From Microbacterium sp. (lineage in GTDB: Bacteria > Actinomycetota > Actinomycetes > Actinomycetales > Microbacteriaceae), in contig JASGDW010000102.1 in the NCBI GenBank assembly GCA_047606965.1, positions 1-50,408 on the forward strand: a stretch of DNA of 50,408 nucleotides, in the 5' to 3' direction. This document shows positions 35,124-45,629 of the stretch, piece after piece. Position numbers and translations under genes: made by a program. The notes below the pieces were generated by a model that saw only the letters and a list, made by a program, of their open reading frames with translations, had not been told where the DNA came from and did not search any database. Numbering within the stretch: position 1 is the stretch's first letter; the number at the start of each line of letters is the position of its first letter.

Positions 35124-36044
35124 ATGCAGACCGTGCTTGGCTCTGGCGGCCAGATCGCCGAAGAACTCACCCACGAACTCCACCGCAACCACACCCGCGA
35201 CATCCGTCTCGTGAGCCGAGACCCCCGCAAAGTCCACGACACCGATCGGCTGGTGCCTGCGGACCTCATGGACGCCGAGGCGGCCGACGCGGCGGTGGCG
35301 GGAAGCGAGGTCGTGTACCTCACCGTGGGGCTGCCGATGGACTCCGGGCTGTGGGAGGCGCGGTTCCCGACCATGATGGGCAACACGATCACCGCCTGCC
35401 AGAAACACGGCGCACGACTGGTGTTCTTCGACAACACCTACATGTACCCGAGGACTGCGACGCCCCAGACCGAGGACACACCGTTCGAGCCGGTCGGACG
35501 CAAAGCCACCGTCCGCGCCCGCATCGCTACGGCCCTGCTGACGGAGATGGACGCGGGGAGGATCGACGCGGTGATCTGCCGGGCACCCGAGTTCTACGGC
35601 CCCGGCAAAACCCAGAGCCTCACCAACTCCGCCGTCTTCAACCGCATCACCGCGGGCAAGCGGCCACTCGTGCCGCTGAGCGCTCGCACCCGGCGCAGCC
35701 TGATCTGGACCCCCGATGCCAGCCGCGCGATGGCCCTCATCGGCAACACGCCTGATGCCTACGGGCAGACCTGGCATCTCCCGATCGACCCGGACCGCCT
35801 CACCTACCGGGACATAATCGATACCGCTTCCGGAATCGTCGGGAGGAAGATCTCGCTCATCACGGTGCCCGAGTGGGCGTTCCGGATCGGCGGATTCGTA
35901 AATCCGGCGGCCAAGGAGACGGAAGAGTTGCTGCCCCGCTACCGGCAGGACAACAACTTCGACTCATCGAAGTTCGCGGCACGATTCCCCGACCACCCAC
36001 CTACCAGCTACCGCGACGGGATTGCTCACCTCCTCCAGAGTTAG
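35124..36044 (+). CDS. NAD-dependent epimerase/dehydratase family (atypical SDR) protein
   Basis: TVLGSGGQIA, FFDNTYMY and RAPEFYGPG. Start ATG 35124. Confidence 0.85.
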   Translation: MQTVLGSGGQIAEELTHELHRNHTRDIRLVSRDPRKVHDTDRLVPADLMDAEAADAAVAGSEVVYLTVGLPMDSGLWEARFPTMMGNTITACQKHGARLVFFDNTYMYPRTATPQTEDTPFEPVGRKATVRARIATALLTEMDAGRIDAVICRAPEFYGPGKTQSLTNSAVFNRITAGKRPLVPLSARTRRSLIWTPDASRAMALIGNTPDAYGQTWHLPIDPDRLTYRDIIDTASGIVGRKISLITVPEWAFRIGGFVNPAAKETEELLPRYRQDNNFDSSKFAARFPDHPPTSYRDGIAHLLQS

Positions 36045-36114
36045 CGTCGTCCCGCCACCGGTTCCCGCGTTCCTCGTCGAGCCCTGGAGTCGCATAGTGC
36101 GTCGTGTTCATGCG

Positions 36115-38019
36115 TTATTCGATGGACAGCGCGGTGACGACGTCTTTCATGGCATCCGGATACTGCATGCGCACGATCCACAACGACGCACCCCAGGCGT
36201 CGGCCAGACTCGCGTCATTCGAGACGTCGATGCACTCGACCTGAACGGCATCGGGCTGCGGACGGCTCGCGATTCTCAGCACACCACCGACGAGGACGCC
36301 GTCACCGGTGATCTCCACCGGGTTCGCGCACAGCCATTGGAGCGAGTGCGGCGCCGTCGAAGACGCGTTCAGGCTCCATTCGTCACGGACCGTCAGCTGT
36401 GGCCTCTCCTCGTCGAACTCGACCGTCCGGCGCCAGAAACCCGCAGGATCGTGACCGGGGTAGGCGCTGGAGATGTCCATCGACAGCAGGCAACCGTGCG
36501 GCCTCTCCTCGAACGCGACGGAACGCGCTCGTGCCGATGCCGCCGCGACCTGAGCGTGTCCCGCCACGAGGGGCACGTTGTGATGAGAACCGTTGTGGTT
36601 CCAGATCTGATACCGCGTCGCCGGGTCGAACGTCCGCGCGTCGTAGACCCCTCGCCCCGCGTCGACGAGCAGCGGCTGGCCGCGCCACGCGAGCGTGACG
36701 CTGCCGACGTCGTTGTGGTTATGGCTCTCGGCGTTGTTGCCGCCCTTCGCGGAGATCGTCATCCCGTGGCCGGGGCGTTCATCGCTGCGTGCGACGAGCA
36801 GCTGACCCGACGGATACCACGCGACACGGCGGAGCCCGGCAAGGTCGTCGCCCTCCGCGGTTGCGGTCAACCACGGCGCGTCCGTCACCGCGGCGAACAG
36901 GGGTCCCAGCTCGATCCCCCGAGATGAACCGCGAGGAGACGGAAGCTCCGGGTATGAGAAGCGCGCCGCCCAGGCCGCGTAGCGCGCCACATCGATCATG
37001 CCGACACGCATGGCCGCGCGGTGGAGGTCGCGATAGGGCAACGCGGTGATGACGGGGGCGCCGATCCGGGCGAGCTCGCCGGGCCGCGCTGGACCGATGC
37101 GCGACGTGCTGTCGCCGATGCTGATCTGCCGCGTCGCCGAGATGGCGATGTCGGCCGGGTAGTCCAACATAGCCGGAAGACGCGGGTGTGCGTAGCCGTC
37201 GACCGCGCCGGCGGTGACGTCTTCGATGATCGCGAGGGCCCTCAGCACCTTGCCCACGCCGAGCCACCAGTAGGAGGCCCCCTCATCGCAGTATCCGTCT
37301 GCCGGGTATGCGTCGATGAAGTCGTCCAGTCGGCCGGCTGCCGACAGGAGCAACGCGCTCCGTTCCTGGGGGTCGTCGCAGAGCAGCATCCCGCACTCGA
37401 GCACGTTCGCGGTGATCCAGGGGATCCAGTTGTTGACGACCGGTGCGATCCCGGCGTCCCACCAGTGTCGTTCTCGGGTGAAGGGGGCGACGACACGCCG
37501 CATGCACTCCTGCGCGATCCGCTCGGCGTCGGATCCGTCAACGGCTCCCACCTGCCGAACCCACGCGAGCAGAGCTGCGGTCTCCGCGGCGAACAGGTCG
37601 ACGCGTGGAAGCGACGACGGACGCCGCAACTCGGACCAGTGCGCCGGGACGGCCCACGTCTCCTGGTCCAGGATGAGGCGGGTCCCCGTGACCGCATCCG
37701 CGCGGATGCCTTCGTGCCGAGTCGTCGCGTAGATCAACGCATCGGCTCCCAGCCGTCTTCTCTGGGAGAAGTAGGGCTCCTCGTATGCGAGCCGAGAGCC
37801 TTGGAGATGGAAAGCCTCCCACAGCTCGTCCGTGGTGACCGGCCAGGGCCCGCTCGCCGAGAACGACTCACGCGCCTCTCGGACGTAGCCGTCAAAACCG
37901 TCAGCAGCAGCCGCCAGCGGTCTGGTGGCCGGTCTCCAGGACGCTGGCGAAAGAGATGCGCTCAGCCACGACTCGACACGGGACGAGAGCCATCGTCCGT
38001 TCTGGCTCATGCTCTGCAT
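36115..38019 (-). CDS. Heparinase II/III-domain polysaccharide lyase-like protein (PL33-like by motif), no signal peptide
   Basis: VDLFAAETA, NNWIPW, DGYCDEGASYW, KGGNNAESHNHNDVGS and HNVP. The start is ambiguous (38010, 38019 or 38046). Confidence 0.8.
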   Translation of the reverse strand: MQSMSQNGRWLSSRVESWLSASLSPASWRPATRPLAAAADGFDGYVREARESFSASGPWPVTTDELWEAFHLQGSRLAYEEPYFSQRRRLGADALIYATTRHEGIRADAVTGTRLILDQETWAVPAHWSELRRPSSLPRVDLFAAETAALLAWVRQVGAVDGSDAERIAQECMRRVVAPFTRERHWWDAGIAPVVNNWIPWITANVLECGMLLCDDPQERSALLLSAAGRLDDFIDAYPADGYCDEGASYWWLGVGKVLRALAIIEDVTAGAVDGYAHPRLPAMLDYPADIAISATRQISIGDSTSRIGPARPGELARIGAPVITALPYRDLHRAAMRVGMIDVARYAAWAARFSYPELPSPRGSSRGIELGPLFAAVTDAPWLTATAEGDDLAGLRRVAWYPSGQLLVARSDERPGHGMTISAKGGNNAESHNHNDVGSVTLAWRGQPLLVDAGRGVYDARTFDPATRYQIWNHNGSHHNVPLVAGHAQVAAASARARSVAFEERPHGCLLSMDISSAYPGHDPAGFWRRTVEFDEERPQLTVRDEWSLNASSTAPHSLQWLCANPVEITGDGVLVGGVLRIASRPQPDAVQVECIDVSNDASLADAWGASLWIVRMQYPDAMKDVVTALSIE

Positions 38020-38147
38020 GCTCCGCCCTCCTGCCGAGGATTCCATGCGTCCACCGACTCAGGACCAACGACGATGGATCTCGAGCCAGACGTGGTGTTC
38101 GCTCCCCGCCGATCCTCAGCTTGCATGTTCGTCATCCCCGTCCTCGG

Positions 38148-38813
38148 TCAGGCCTCGACGAGCCATCGCACGACCGCCCTGAGCGCTCGAACGTGTCCGC
38201 GGTCCTCGAAGGACCTCTCGTCGTGCCCCAGCGAGTCGTATGCGGCGCGGAGTCCGTTCTTCTCCGTCGTCCAGAGCGCGGGGAACCTGCCGCCCGCCTC
38301 ATCGACATGCTCGAAGTGCACGCACACGTCTGAGCGGACCTCGAGCCCCCGGTAGCTCTCATCCGTGACGACGAATGTCCTCTCCGCCTCCAGGAAGGAC
38401 TGCGAAGTCTGCTCGAGCAAGGTCTGCCCGAGCGGCGGGTGATGGCTCACGCCGGGAACCCAGCGTCCCCCGATCCGCCGCGTCCACGCGGGGACATCGT
38501 GGAACGCATTCGCGGAGGCGTGAAAGGCGAGGACCGGGGCGGTTTCGAGCAGCTTCTCGAGTCCGCGCCGCGCCGCCGTTGTTTCCGGCACCGCGCCTTC
38601 GTCCTGTGGACGCCCGAGATTGGCCACGACGAGGTGGGGCACCCCTGACGAGCCCCACCCCTCGAGGGCTTCGTCCACGTCCGGCACGACGTCTGCCCGC
38701 AGCCCCGTCGACTGCAGGATTCCCGCGATCCGCGCACTCGTGCGGGCAAAGGGATGCCAGGGGTCTGCGTATCGTCCGGCACCGGAGAGGATGATCGCGG
38801 TCGGCTCACTCAT
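38148..38813 (-). CDS. ThuA-like (class I GATase-fold) protein
   Basis: DPWHPF, AFHAS, IGGRW...HPP, DESY and YDSLGHD. ATG overlaps the GH38 stop. Confidence 0.8.
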   Translation of the reverse strand: MSEPTAIILSGAGRYADPWHPFARTSARIAGILQSTGLRADVVPDVDEALEGWGSSGVPHLVVANLGRPQDEGAVPETTAARRGLEKLLETAPVLAFHASANAFHDVPAWTRRIGGRWVPGVSHHPPLGQTLLEQTSQSFLEAERTFVVTDESYRGLEVRSDVCVHFEHVDEAGGRFPALWTTEKNGLRAAYDSLGHDERSFEDRGHVRALRAVVRWLVEA

Positions 38814-41800
38814 GACGTCTCGACCCCGTCAGCCGACAACCGGACGCGCAGGGTCTTGATCTCGAAGGGCCGGAGCCGCAGCGTCACGCGCCCATGTTGA
38901 TCTGCTGGCGCCGGGGCGAGCGGGGTCTCGAGAAGGTCGGCCTCGTGCACCGCACGGGGGACCGTGCCGAACGTCACCGCTCCGCTGGACTCCCGTCCCT
39001 GGGGTTCGTAGATGCGCACCACGAGATCGCCGCTGCGGTCGTCGGCGAGCTTGACCGCTTCGATCACCCCCAGCCCGCGATCGATGCTCACCAGCGCGGG
39101 CGCGCCGCACTCGCCCTTCAGGTGGATACGCGGGTTGTTGAGCGCGTAACCGAGGTCCACCGCGTCGCGGGTGTCTTCGATGACGCCGAAGGCATGCGTG
39201 AACGTATGCGATCCACGATCCGCATCGGGATCGGGGAATCCGGGTGCCCTCAGCAGCGACGCACGGATGACGCACCCACGGACGATGTCGTCGATGGCGA
39301 GCCGCGACACGTCGTGACCATAGGTCGACTCGTTGGCCAGCGCCACCCCGAACCCCGGTTCCTTCACCGCGATCCATCGGTGCGCGGCGATCTCGTACCT
39401 CGCCTGCTCCCAACTCGTGTTCGTGTGCGTCGGCCTGCGCAGATGCCCGAACTGCGTCTCGGCGATGGACTCCTCCGCCTTCACCGCAGCCGGGAAGGCG
39501 AGTTTCAGGAGTTTGTTGGTCTCAGCCCAGTGCACCGTGGTCTCGAGGTCGAGAGCACGGCGACCAGCACGGAGCGTGAAGGACTGCACACAGCTGCTGG
39601 TTCCGAAGGTCCTCGACAATCTCACCGTGACGGCGTCGGACGCACGGTCGACCTCGACGCCGGCGAGGGATGTGATGTCGGAGCGGTTCTCCCTGTATCG
39701 CTCGTCGATGTCCCATGCGTCCCATTGCGTGGGTGTGTCCCGGTGGAGCTGCAGCAGGCCCAATCGCTGGCCATCGGGAACGACCTCTCGTCCCGACCTC
39801 AGGTCGATCATCGAATCCACGAGGCCGTCGACGTCGAAGCCGACCCGGAGCTCGCCGTTGTCGACCACCAGCGGGAGCTCCTGGCCGGTCACGGCGACGG
39901 TCTCCGACGACGCGGCAGCTCGCACCCCGATGGCGCCCGGCGCCACGCCTTCGACGTCGTCCGCGGACAGGTGGGCGACGAGCTCGAGCTCGCCCTGCCC
40001 GGCGATGGCCGCGATACTCCGCGACACGATGCGGTCGAGGGACGATTCGACGTCGCGGTACCACTCCTCGGCGTCGCGGTAGACCCAGGAGATGGACGAA
40101 CCGGGAAGTATGTCGTGGAACTGCAGGAGCAGGACGCGCTGCCACAGGGCGTCAAGCTCCTCGTACGGATAGTCCAAGCCCCCTCGAACCGCGGCGAACG
40201 CGGCCCAGTACTCCGCCGCACGCAGAAGGCTCTCGCACCGGCGATTGTGCTGCTTGGTGCGGTGTTGGCTGGCGTATGTGCCCCGGTGCAGCTCGAGGTA
40301 GAGCTCGCCGGACCATGTGGGCGGGTGCTGAAGCTCAACGCGAAGCTCGTCGAAGAACCGCTCCGGCGTCGACAGGTCGACCCTCGGTGAGCCTTCGGTG
40401 TCGCGTGCGCGATCAGCCGCGGCGAGCATCTCGCGCGTCGGCCCGCCACCCCCGTCACCCCAGCCGTAGGGGACCAGCGATACGGAGGAGACATCCTTCT
40501 GGGCGTACTGACGTTCCGCGCGAGCGAGGTCTGCTGCCGACAGATCGGACAGGTAGGTGTCCGTCGGAGGGAAGTGCGTGAGTATCCGGCTTCCGTCGAT
40601 GCCTTCCCAGAGGAAGGAATGATGCGGGAACGCGTTCGTGTCGTTCCACGAGATCTTCTGCGCGATACATGCGTCGAACCCCGCGAGCCGGAAGATCTGA
40701 GGGAGCGCCGCCGAGTAGCCGAACGAGTCGGGCAACCACACGACACGGGAGACATGCTCGAACTCGCGGCTGAAATAGCGGCTGGCCTGCACGATCTGCC
40801 GGACCATCGACTCGCCCGAGGGCAACATGCAGTCCGATTCGACCCACATCCGTCCCACGGGGACGAACCTGCCTTCCGCCACCCGCTCGCGCAGCCGCTC
40901 GAACAGATCCGGGTGGCGCTGCTGCACCCAGACATAGTGCTGCGCGGCAGATGCGACGAACGTGAAGTCCGGATGCTCGTCCATCAGGCGGAGCACGTTC
41001 GCGAAGGTCCGGGACACCTTGCGGACGGTCTCCCGCACCGGCCACAGCCAGGCGGAGTCGATATGGGCGTGCCCCACCGCGGCGATTCTGTGCGCGGTGT
41101 GGTGCGCGGGAACGGCAAGGACCTGCGCGACCCGGGCCGCCGCGACCGCGACGCTTCCGCCGACGTCGTCCGGATCGATGAGATCCGCGGTGTGTTCGGC
41201 GGCCAGAACGAGCCGGTGGTGTCGCGTCTGATCCGCGGGAGTCAGCTCTGCGATCAATCCACGCAACGCCTTCACATCCTGGATGAGCGACCAGACCGCC
41301 GTGTCGAGGACGCAGAGGTGGGCGCCGCGGAAGACGTAGAGGGGCGCTTGCGGCGCAGTGGTCACATCGCCGAAGGCGGTGGGGCGGAAGTCGTACTCGC
41401 CGGCGACATCGGGGTTGGACGCCGCTTCCAGCAGCAGGTGGATGTCGGGCTCGCTCCCTGACCACGGGATGTGCTGGCTCGACGGCGCGACGCCCTTGAT
41501 CACCGTTCCGTCGGGGCGATATGCCAGGGCCTCGGCTTGGAAACCTGGGCGCTGGGTCGTGAAACCCAGGTCGACGACGACCTCGAGATCGGCGCGGCCC
41601 GCCCACTCGGGTGGCACGCTTCCGTGCACCTCGAACCAGGTGGTCCCCCAGGGCGAGCCCCATGCCTCCCCCTCCGCGCACGGAGCAGGGCTCATGGCTT
41701 CGCGCGCCTCCTCGAACGAGATCGGTTCGCCGGGCACTCGCCACATCGAGACGCTCAGCGGAACCCGGGACGGGTGCATCGCGGGCACCAGATAGTCCCG

Positions 41801-41857
41801 GACATAGCGATCGAGACGAGAAATCGCCCGATCAGCTCGCGTCGTCGTCACTGACAT
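38810..41857 (-). CDS. GH38 alpha-mannosidase
   Basis: GHAHIDSAWLWP, WVESD, nucleophile WLPDSFGY, GWGDGGGGPT, ELYLELHRGT and QFHDILPGSSI; GAGGAG SD. Confidence 0.95.
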   Translation of the reverse strand: MSVTTTRADRAISRLDRYVRDYLVPAMHPSRVPLSVSMWRVPGEPISFEEAREAMSPAPCAEGEAWGSPWGTTWFEVHGSVPPEWAGRADLEVVVDLGFTTQRPGFQAEALAYRPDGTVIKGVAPSSQHIPWSGSEPDIHLLLEAASNPDVAGEYDFRPTAFGDVTTAPQAPLYVFRGAHLCVLDTAVWSLIQDVKALRGLIAELTPADQTRHHRLVLAAEHTADLIDPDDVGGSVAVAAARVAQVLAVPAHHTAHRIAAVGHAHIDSAWLWPVRETVRKVSRTFANVLRLMDEHPDFTFVASAAQHYVWVQQRHPDLFERLRERVAEGRFVPVGRMWVESDCMLPSGESMVRQIVQASRYFSREFEHVSRVVWLPDSFGYSAALPQIFRLAGFDACIAQKISWNDTNAFPHHSFLWEGIDGSRILTHFPPTDTYLSDLSAADLARAERQYAQKDVSSVSLVPYGWGDGGGGPTREMLAAADRARDTEGSPRVDLSTPERFFDELRVELQHPPTWSGELYLELHRGTYASQHRTKQHNRRCESLLRAAEYWAAFAAVRGGLDYPYEELDALWQRVLLLQFHDILPGSSISWVYRDAEEWYRDVESSLDRIVSRSIAAIAGQGELELVAHLSADDVEGVAPGAIGVRAAASSETVAVTGQELPLVVDNGELRVGFDVDGLVDSMIDLRSGREVVPDGQRLGLLQLHRDTPTQWDAWDIDERYRENRSDITSLAGVEVDRASDAVTVRLSRTFGTSSCVQSFTLRAGRRALDLETTVHWAETNKLLKLAFPAAVKAEESIAETQFGHLRRPTHTNTSWEQARYEIAAHRWIAVKEPGFGVALANESTYGHDVSRLAIDDIVRGCVIRASLLRAPGFPDPDADRGSHTFTHAFGVIEDTRDAVDLGYALNNPRIHLKGECGAPALVSIDRGLGVIEAVKLADDRSGDLVVRIYEPQGRESSGAVTFGTVPRAVHEADLLETPLAPAPADQHGRVTLRLRPFEIKTLRVRLSADGVETS

Positions 41858-41866
41858 CTCCTCGTT

Positions 41867-41884
41867 TGATGAAACGCTTCATCA
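41867..41884. promoter_or_regulatory. LacI-type operator TGATGAAACGCTTCATCA
   Basis: 16/18 palindromic with the central AAACGCTT typical of LacI/GalR sites; lies next to the GH38 SD and upstream of the divergent lacI-family gene. Confidence 0.8.
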
Positions 41885-41953
41885 TATCCATATGACCGAC
41901 AGAACAAGAAAAGTCGGAGTAGCTGATCAACCGGATCGGCGTCGGCGCGTAGA

Positions 41954-43072
41954 TTGGTGGGCATGAGATCGTCCGAGGCCGCCACCGAAGGCGATAAGCC
42001 CGAACGTCGCCGCGCGGTGACCATGTCGGATGTCGCGCAGGTCGCGCGGGTCTCCGTCGCAACCGTCTCCAACGTGCTGCAGGGAACGGGACGCGTATCG
42101 GCGGAGACGCGCGCGCGCGTTCTGCAGACTGCGGATCGTCTCGACTACCGCCCCAACGGTCTCGCCCAGTCGTTCGCGAGCGGCCGCAGCCGCACGATCG
42201 GCCTGCTGGCCGAGGACGCATCGGAGGCGTTCAGCATGCTTGTGCTCGTCGGGGCCGAGAAGGAGCTCGCGCGACAAGGCCTCGCAGTGCTGTTGGCGGA
42301 TGGCGAGAACCTCGACGGTTCCCTGCGCACGATCCTTCGAGACTTCGAGGCACGGCAGGTCGACGGCGTGCTCGTTGTCGGTCGCGGACCGAGTCGCCCA
42401 TTCGCATCCCTGTCGACATGGCTGTCGGCTCCGGTGGTCTATGCCCACGCACTCCCCATCAGCGGAGGCGGCTCGCGTGTGTTGGCTGATAACGCTCGCG
42501 TCGGCGAACTGGCCGCCGAGCATCTCATCCATGTCGGCCACCGCCGGCTCGCCGCGATCTCGGTCAGAGACGATCACGCGGCGGCCCTGCGCGAACAGGG
42601 ATTCCTGCGAGCTCTGAGCTCAGCGGGATTGACGCCAAGCGTTCCCGAGCCGATGCGGGGCGACTGGTCACGTGAATGGGGCGCGGTCGCCGTGCAGCAG
42701 CTCCTCGACGACGGCGTCGACGTCGACGGTATCTTCTGCGCCAACGACCCGATCGCGCACGGCGCGTACGTGGCCCTGCGCCGAGCAGGCAGATCCGTTC
42801 CCGAGGATGTGGCGCTGATCGGTCATGACTTCTTCTCTCGCCGGAAGGCGGGACGGGTCGGTCAACAGTTCCTGACCACCTTCGACCCCAACTTGGAAGA
42901 GGTGGGCAGGCGCGCCGCTCAGCAGCTCATCGCCGCGATCCGCGGAGAGCAGACGCCGGAGGAGACGCTGATATCCCCCACCCTGGTCGAAGGCGTGAGC
43001 ACCCTGGGACGCAGCTCATCCGCCGACGCGCAGCAGGACCTCTACGATCTCATCGAGATGCTGGAGGAGTGA
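41954..43072 (+). CDS. LacI-family transcriptional regulator
   Basis: TMSDVAQVARVSVATVSNVL, YRPNGLAQS, FCANDPIA and VPEDVALIGHD. The true start may be the ATG three codons in. Confidence 0.93.
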   Translation: MVGMRSSEAATEGDKPERRRAVTMSDVAQVARVSVATVSNVLQGTGRVSAETRARVLQTADRLDYRPNGLAQSFASGRSRTIGLLAEDASEAFSMLVLVGAEKELARQGLAVLLADGENLDGSLRTILRDFEARQVDGVLVVGRGPSRPFASLSTWLSAPVVYAHALPISGGGSRVLADNARVGELAAEHLIHVGHRRLAAISVRDDHAAALREQGFLRALSSAGLTPSVPEPMRGDWSREWGAVAVQQLLDDGVDVDGIFCANDPIAHGAYVALRRAGRSVPEDVALIGHDFFSRRKAGRVGQQFLTTFDPNLEEVGRRAAQQLIAAIRGEQTPEETLISPTLVEGVSTLGRSSSADAQQDLYDLIEMLEE

Positions 43073-45629
43073 CCCGGTACCGGACCTGCGACCGCCCGTC
43101 GTCGATGAAGGCAGGGGCATACTGCTTCAGCACCTCTTCGGCGCGCACGTTGACCTGGACCAGCGGCGGTGCCGTGATCGAGAGTTCCATTCCGGAATCG
43201 TCCCGACTCCATTGGACGTCGATGCGCCCGGCCCCCGTCACCGTGCTGAGTTCCGCTGAGTCGAGACTCGAGGGCGGGCTCGGCGAAATCGCCACAGATC
43301 GGAATCCGGCCTCGACGGGCCGCAGGCCGACGACATCCTCGATGAGCCAGTCGACGGCCGTTCCGAAGAAGTAGTGGTTCAGCGAACGCGGTTCGGTCCA
43401 GGCCTCCCACAGCGTATCGGAGCCCGCCGCGCGCCAGTGGCCCCAGCCGGGCGGCGACTGCACGGTGGCGATGTGATGCGCGAGATCCTGTCGCCCTGCG
43501 GCGGAGAGGACTCTCAGGATGTACTTCGTCCCGAGGACTCCGGTCCACAGATGCCCGTCCCTCCGCTCGATGTCCGCGACGAGGTTGGCTTCGACGACCG
43601 GGCGGGCTTCCCTTGGCACCATTCCGAAGGCGAGGGGGAGCACATTGTGTGTCTGCCGATACCCAACGTCGCCACTGCCTCGGTACACGCCGGCCGCACG
43701 ATCGAGGAACTCCTCGGTGAAACTCGAACGCACCACGCGAGCCCACCCTCGGAAGAGCGAAGCCTCCGCGCCGTTGCCGAGGACCTGCGCGATGTCGGCT
43801 CCGACGCGAAGCATCCGATACAGATAGGCCGTGTTCTCGACGCGCGTGTCACCGTGCAAGCTCGGATCAGGCTTCGGAGGGTGCCAGTCTCCGAGCCCCG
43901 GCGGCGCGATCCCGTTCGTGCTTCGGGCCTGGTATTCGAAGCGCAGATAGGTAGCGATCGCCGGGAAGGCGTCACGAAGGATCGAACGATCACCTGTGCG
44001 CATGTAGAGCGACCACGGGATGGTGAGGAGAGCCGCGTGCCAGCCATGGGCCGCGGCGCCACCGCCCCAGCCGCTGCTAGGCGCGATGTGCAGCGGGACA
44101 CCGTCAGCGTCGAGCGAGTCTCGGATGTCCACGACGTACTTGGTGAAGAGCGCCTCGCTGTCGGTGGCGAACAGCGCCGAGTCGGCAAAGAGCGCGGCGT
44201 CCGCCGTCCAGCCGTTCTTCTCGAACAGAGGAGTGTCGGTGGGGATGCTGTGGACGTTGTTGAGAAAGGTTCGGACCGCCGCATCGAAGATCCAGTCCAA
44301 TCCCGGGTCGGATGTGCTCAGCCGACCGTTCTGCCGCACATCGGTGCGTACCTCGATGGCGGTCGCTTCGCTGATCCTTGCCGTGCCTGAGGAGCTCGAC
44401 ACCTCCACATACCGAAACCCCTTGTAGGAGAAGCAGGGTTCGAGGAGGTGCTCCGCACGGCCCTGACCCAGGATGAAGCGATCGACCTGTACGTCTCCAT
44501 CGATCACGTGATTCACATCGAGGACGCCGACTTCACCCGAGTGGTTGAGTTTCTCTCCGTACCGAAGACTCACCACGTCCCCGGGCCGGCCCTCGACGAG
44601 CAGACGAGCCCAGCCGCTGATCGTGCGCCCGAAGGAGAACACCGAGACACCGGCCCTGGGCTCGGAGCACGCTGTGGCCCCGATGGCCTGGATGCGGCGG
44701 ATCGGCTGCTCGGGCTGCCGGACCAGTCTCCCCCGAGGTCCCTCGACCTCGATGGCGTTGCCGACCAGCCTCGGCGAACCCCCCATGTCGATGGTCTCAC
44801 CGGAGTAGAGGGAGTTCCGAAGCACACCCGTGTCGAACGCCTCCCAGCTCTCGTCGGTCGGCAGGCTCACGAGCTGATCGTCGAGCTCGATGAGGGCGAG
44901 CGCCCTCACCGCCGGCTCCGCCCGCCATGGCGCCTCGTGCCAGTTCCAGACGCTCTTGGTGGTCATGGCGTAGAAGCCTCGTCCGAGCTCGATCTCGATC
45001 CGGTTCTCCCCTGCCAGCAGCAGCGGGCCGATGTCGACCACTGTGTATTGGACGCGCCGGTCGTAGTTCGTGAAGCCGGGTGACAGCTCCGTGTCGTCGG
45101 GCCTTTTTCCGTTCACGAGGACGCGTGCGTAGCCGCCGGCAGCCACGTACAGCCGCGCCCGTCGCACGAGGCCGTCCGGCACGTCGAAGCCACGGCTCAA
45201 CAATGGAGCGGGGTAGCGATCGGGAAGGCTTCCCGCGGATTCGCCCAGCTGCGTGGATGGTTGGGGCACGCCTTCCGGGCGACCGATCCAGCGACTGGGC
45301 AGCCACGCGGACTCGTCGAGCAGACCGGTCTCGAAACCGCCGGACGTGACGACGTCCGCGGATCTGAGAGTCCATTCGTACTCCGCTCCGCTTCGCAGCG
45401 AGGGCCCCGTGTATGCCAGGAGTCCGACGGCGTCGGAAGCGACTACCGAAGCCGACCAGACCACGCGGTCGTCGAAGCGCTCGCGCAGATCCAGGTCGAC
45501 CACCTCGTCGCCGGACCAGGCGCCCGCGTACGTCCATGCGAACGCGAGGCCGGACTGGTCTATGCCCAGAGCCCCGCTCCCGGGCCGGAGATGAAGATCA
45601 ATGAGTCGACGCACGTCGTTCCGTTTCAT
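43050..45629 (-). CDS. GH78 alpha-L-rhamnosidase-family protein, cytoplasmic
   Basis: LSPGFTNYDRR, FSYKGFRYVE, SIPTDTPLFEKNGW, LGDW and TLWEAW...SLNHY. ATG 45629 overlaps the upstream stop. Confidence 0.88.
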   Translation of the reverse strand: MKRNDVRRLIDLHLRPGSGALGIDQSGLAFAWTYAGAWSGDEVVDLDLRERFDDRVVWSASVVASDAVGLLAYTGPSLRSGAEYEWTLRSADVVTSGGFETGLLDESAWLPSRWIGRPEGVPQPSTQLGESAGSLPDRYPAPLLSRGFDVPDGLVRRARLYVAAGGYARVLVNGKRPDDTELSPGFTNYDRRVQYTVVDIGPLLLAGENRIEIELGRGFYAMTTKSVWNWHEAPWRAEPAVRALALIELDDQLVSLPTDESWEAFDTGVLRNSLYSGETIDMGGSPRLVGNAIEVEGPRGRLVRQPEQPIRRIQAIGATACSEPRAGVSVFSFGRTISGWARLLVEGRPGDVVSLRYGEKLNHSGEVGVLDVNHVIDGDVQVDRFILGQGRAEHLLEPCFSYKGFRYVEVSSSSGTARISEATAIEVRTDVRQNGRLSTSDPGLDWIFDAAVRTFLNNVHSIPTDTPLFEKNGWTADAALFADSALFATDSEALFTKYVVDIRDSLDADGVPLHIAPSSGWGGGAAAHGWHAALLTIPWSLYMRTGDRSILRDAFPAIATYLRFEYQARSTNGIAPPGLGDWHPPKPDPSLHGDTRVENTAYLYRMLRVGADIAQVLGNGAEASLFRGWARVVRSSFTEEFLDRAAGVYRGSGDVGYRQTHNVLPLAFGMVPREARPVVEANLVADIERRDGHLWTGVLGTKYILRVLSAAGRQDLAHHIATVQSPPGWGHWRAAGSDTLWEAWTEPRSLNHYFFGTAVDWLIEDVVGLRPVEAGFRSVAISPSPPSSLDSAELSTVTGAGRIDVQWSRDDSGMELSITAPPLVQVNVRAEEVLKQYAPAFIDDGRSQVRYRVTPPASR

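Noticed and set aside
38007-38135. 42-codon minus-strand ORF (MTNMQAEDRR...) between the ThuA-like and lyase genes, ending in an ATGA overlap with ATG 38010
   Set aside because: Weak codon bias and no recognisable features. It could be a coupling ORF but is equally consistent with chance.
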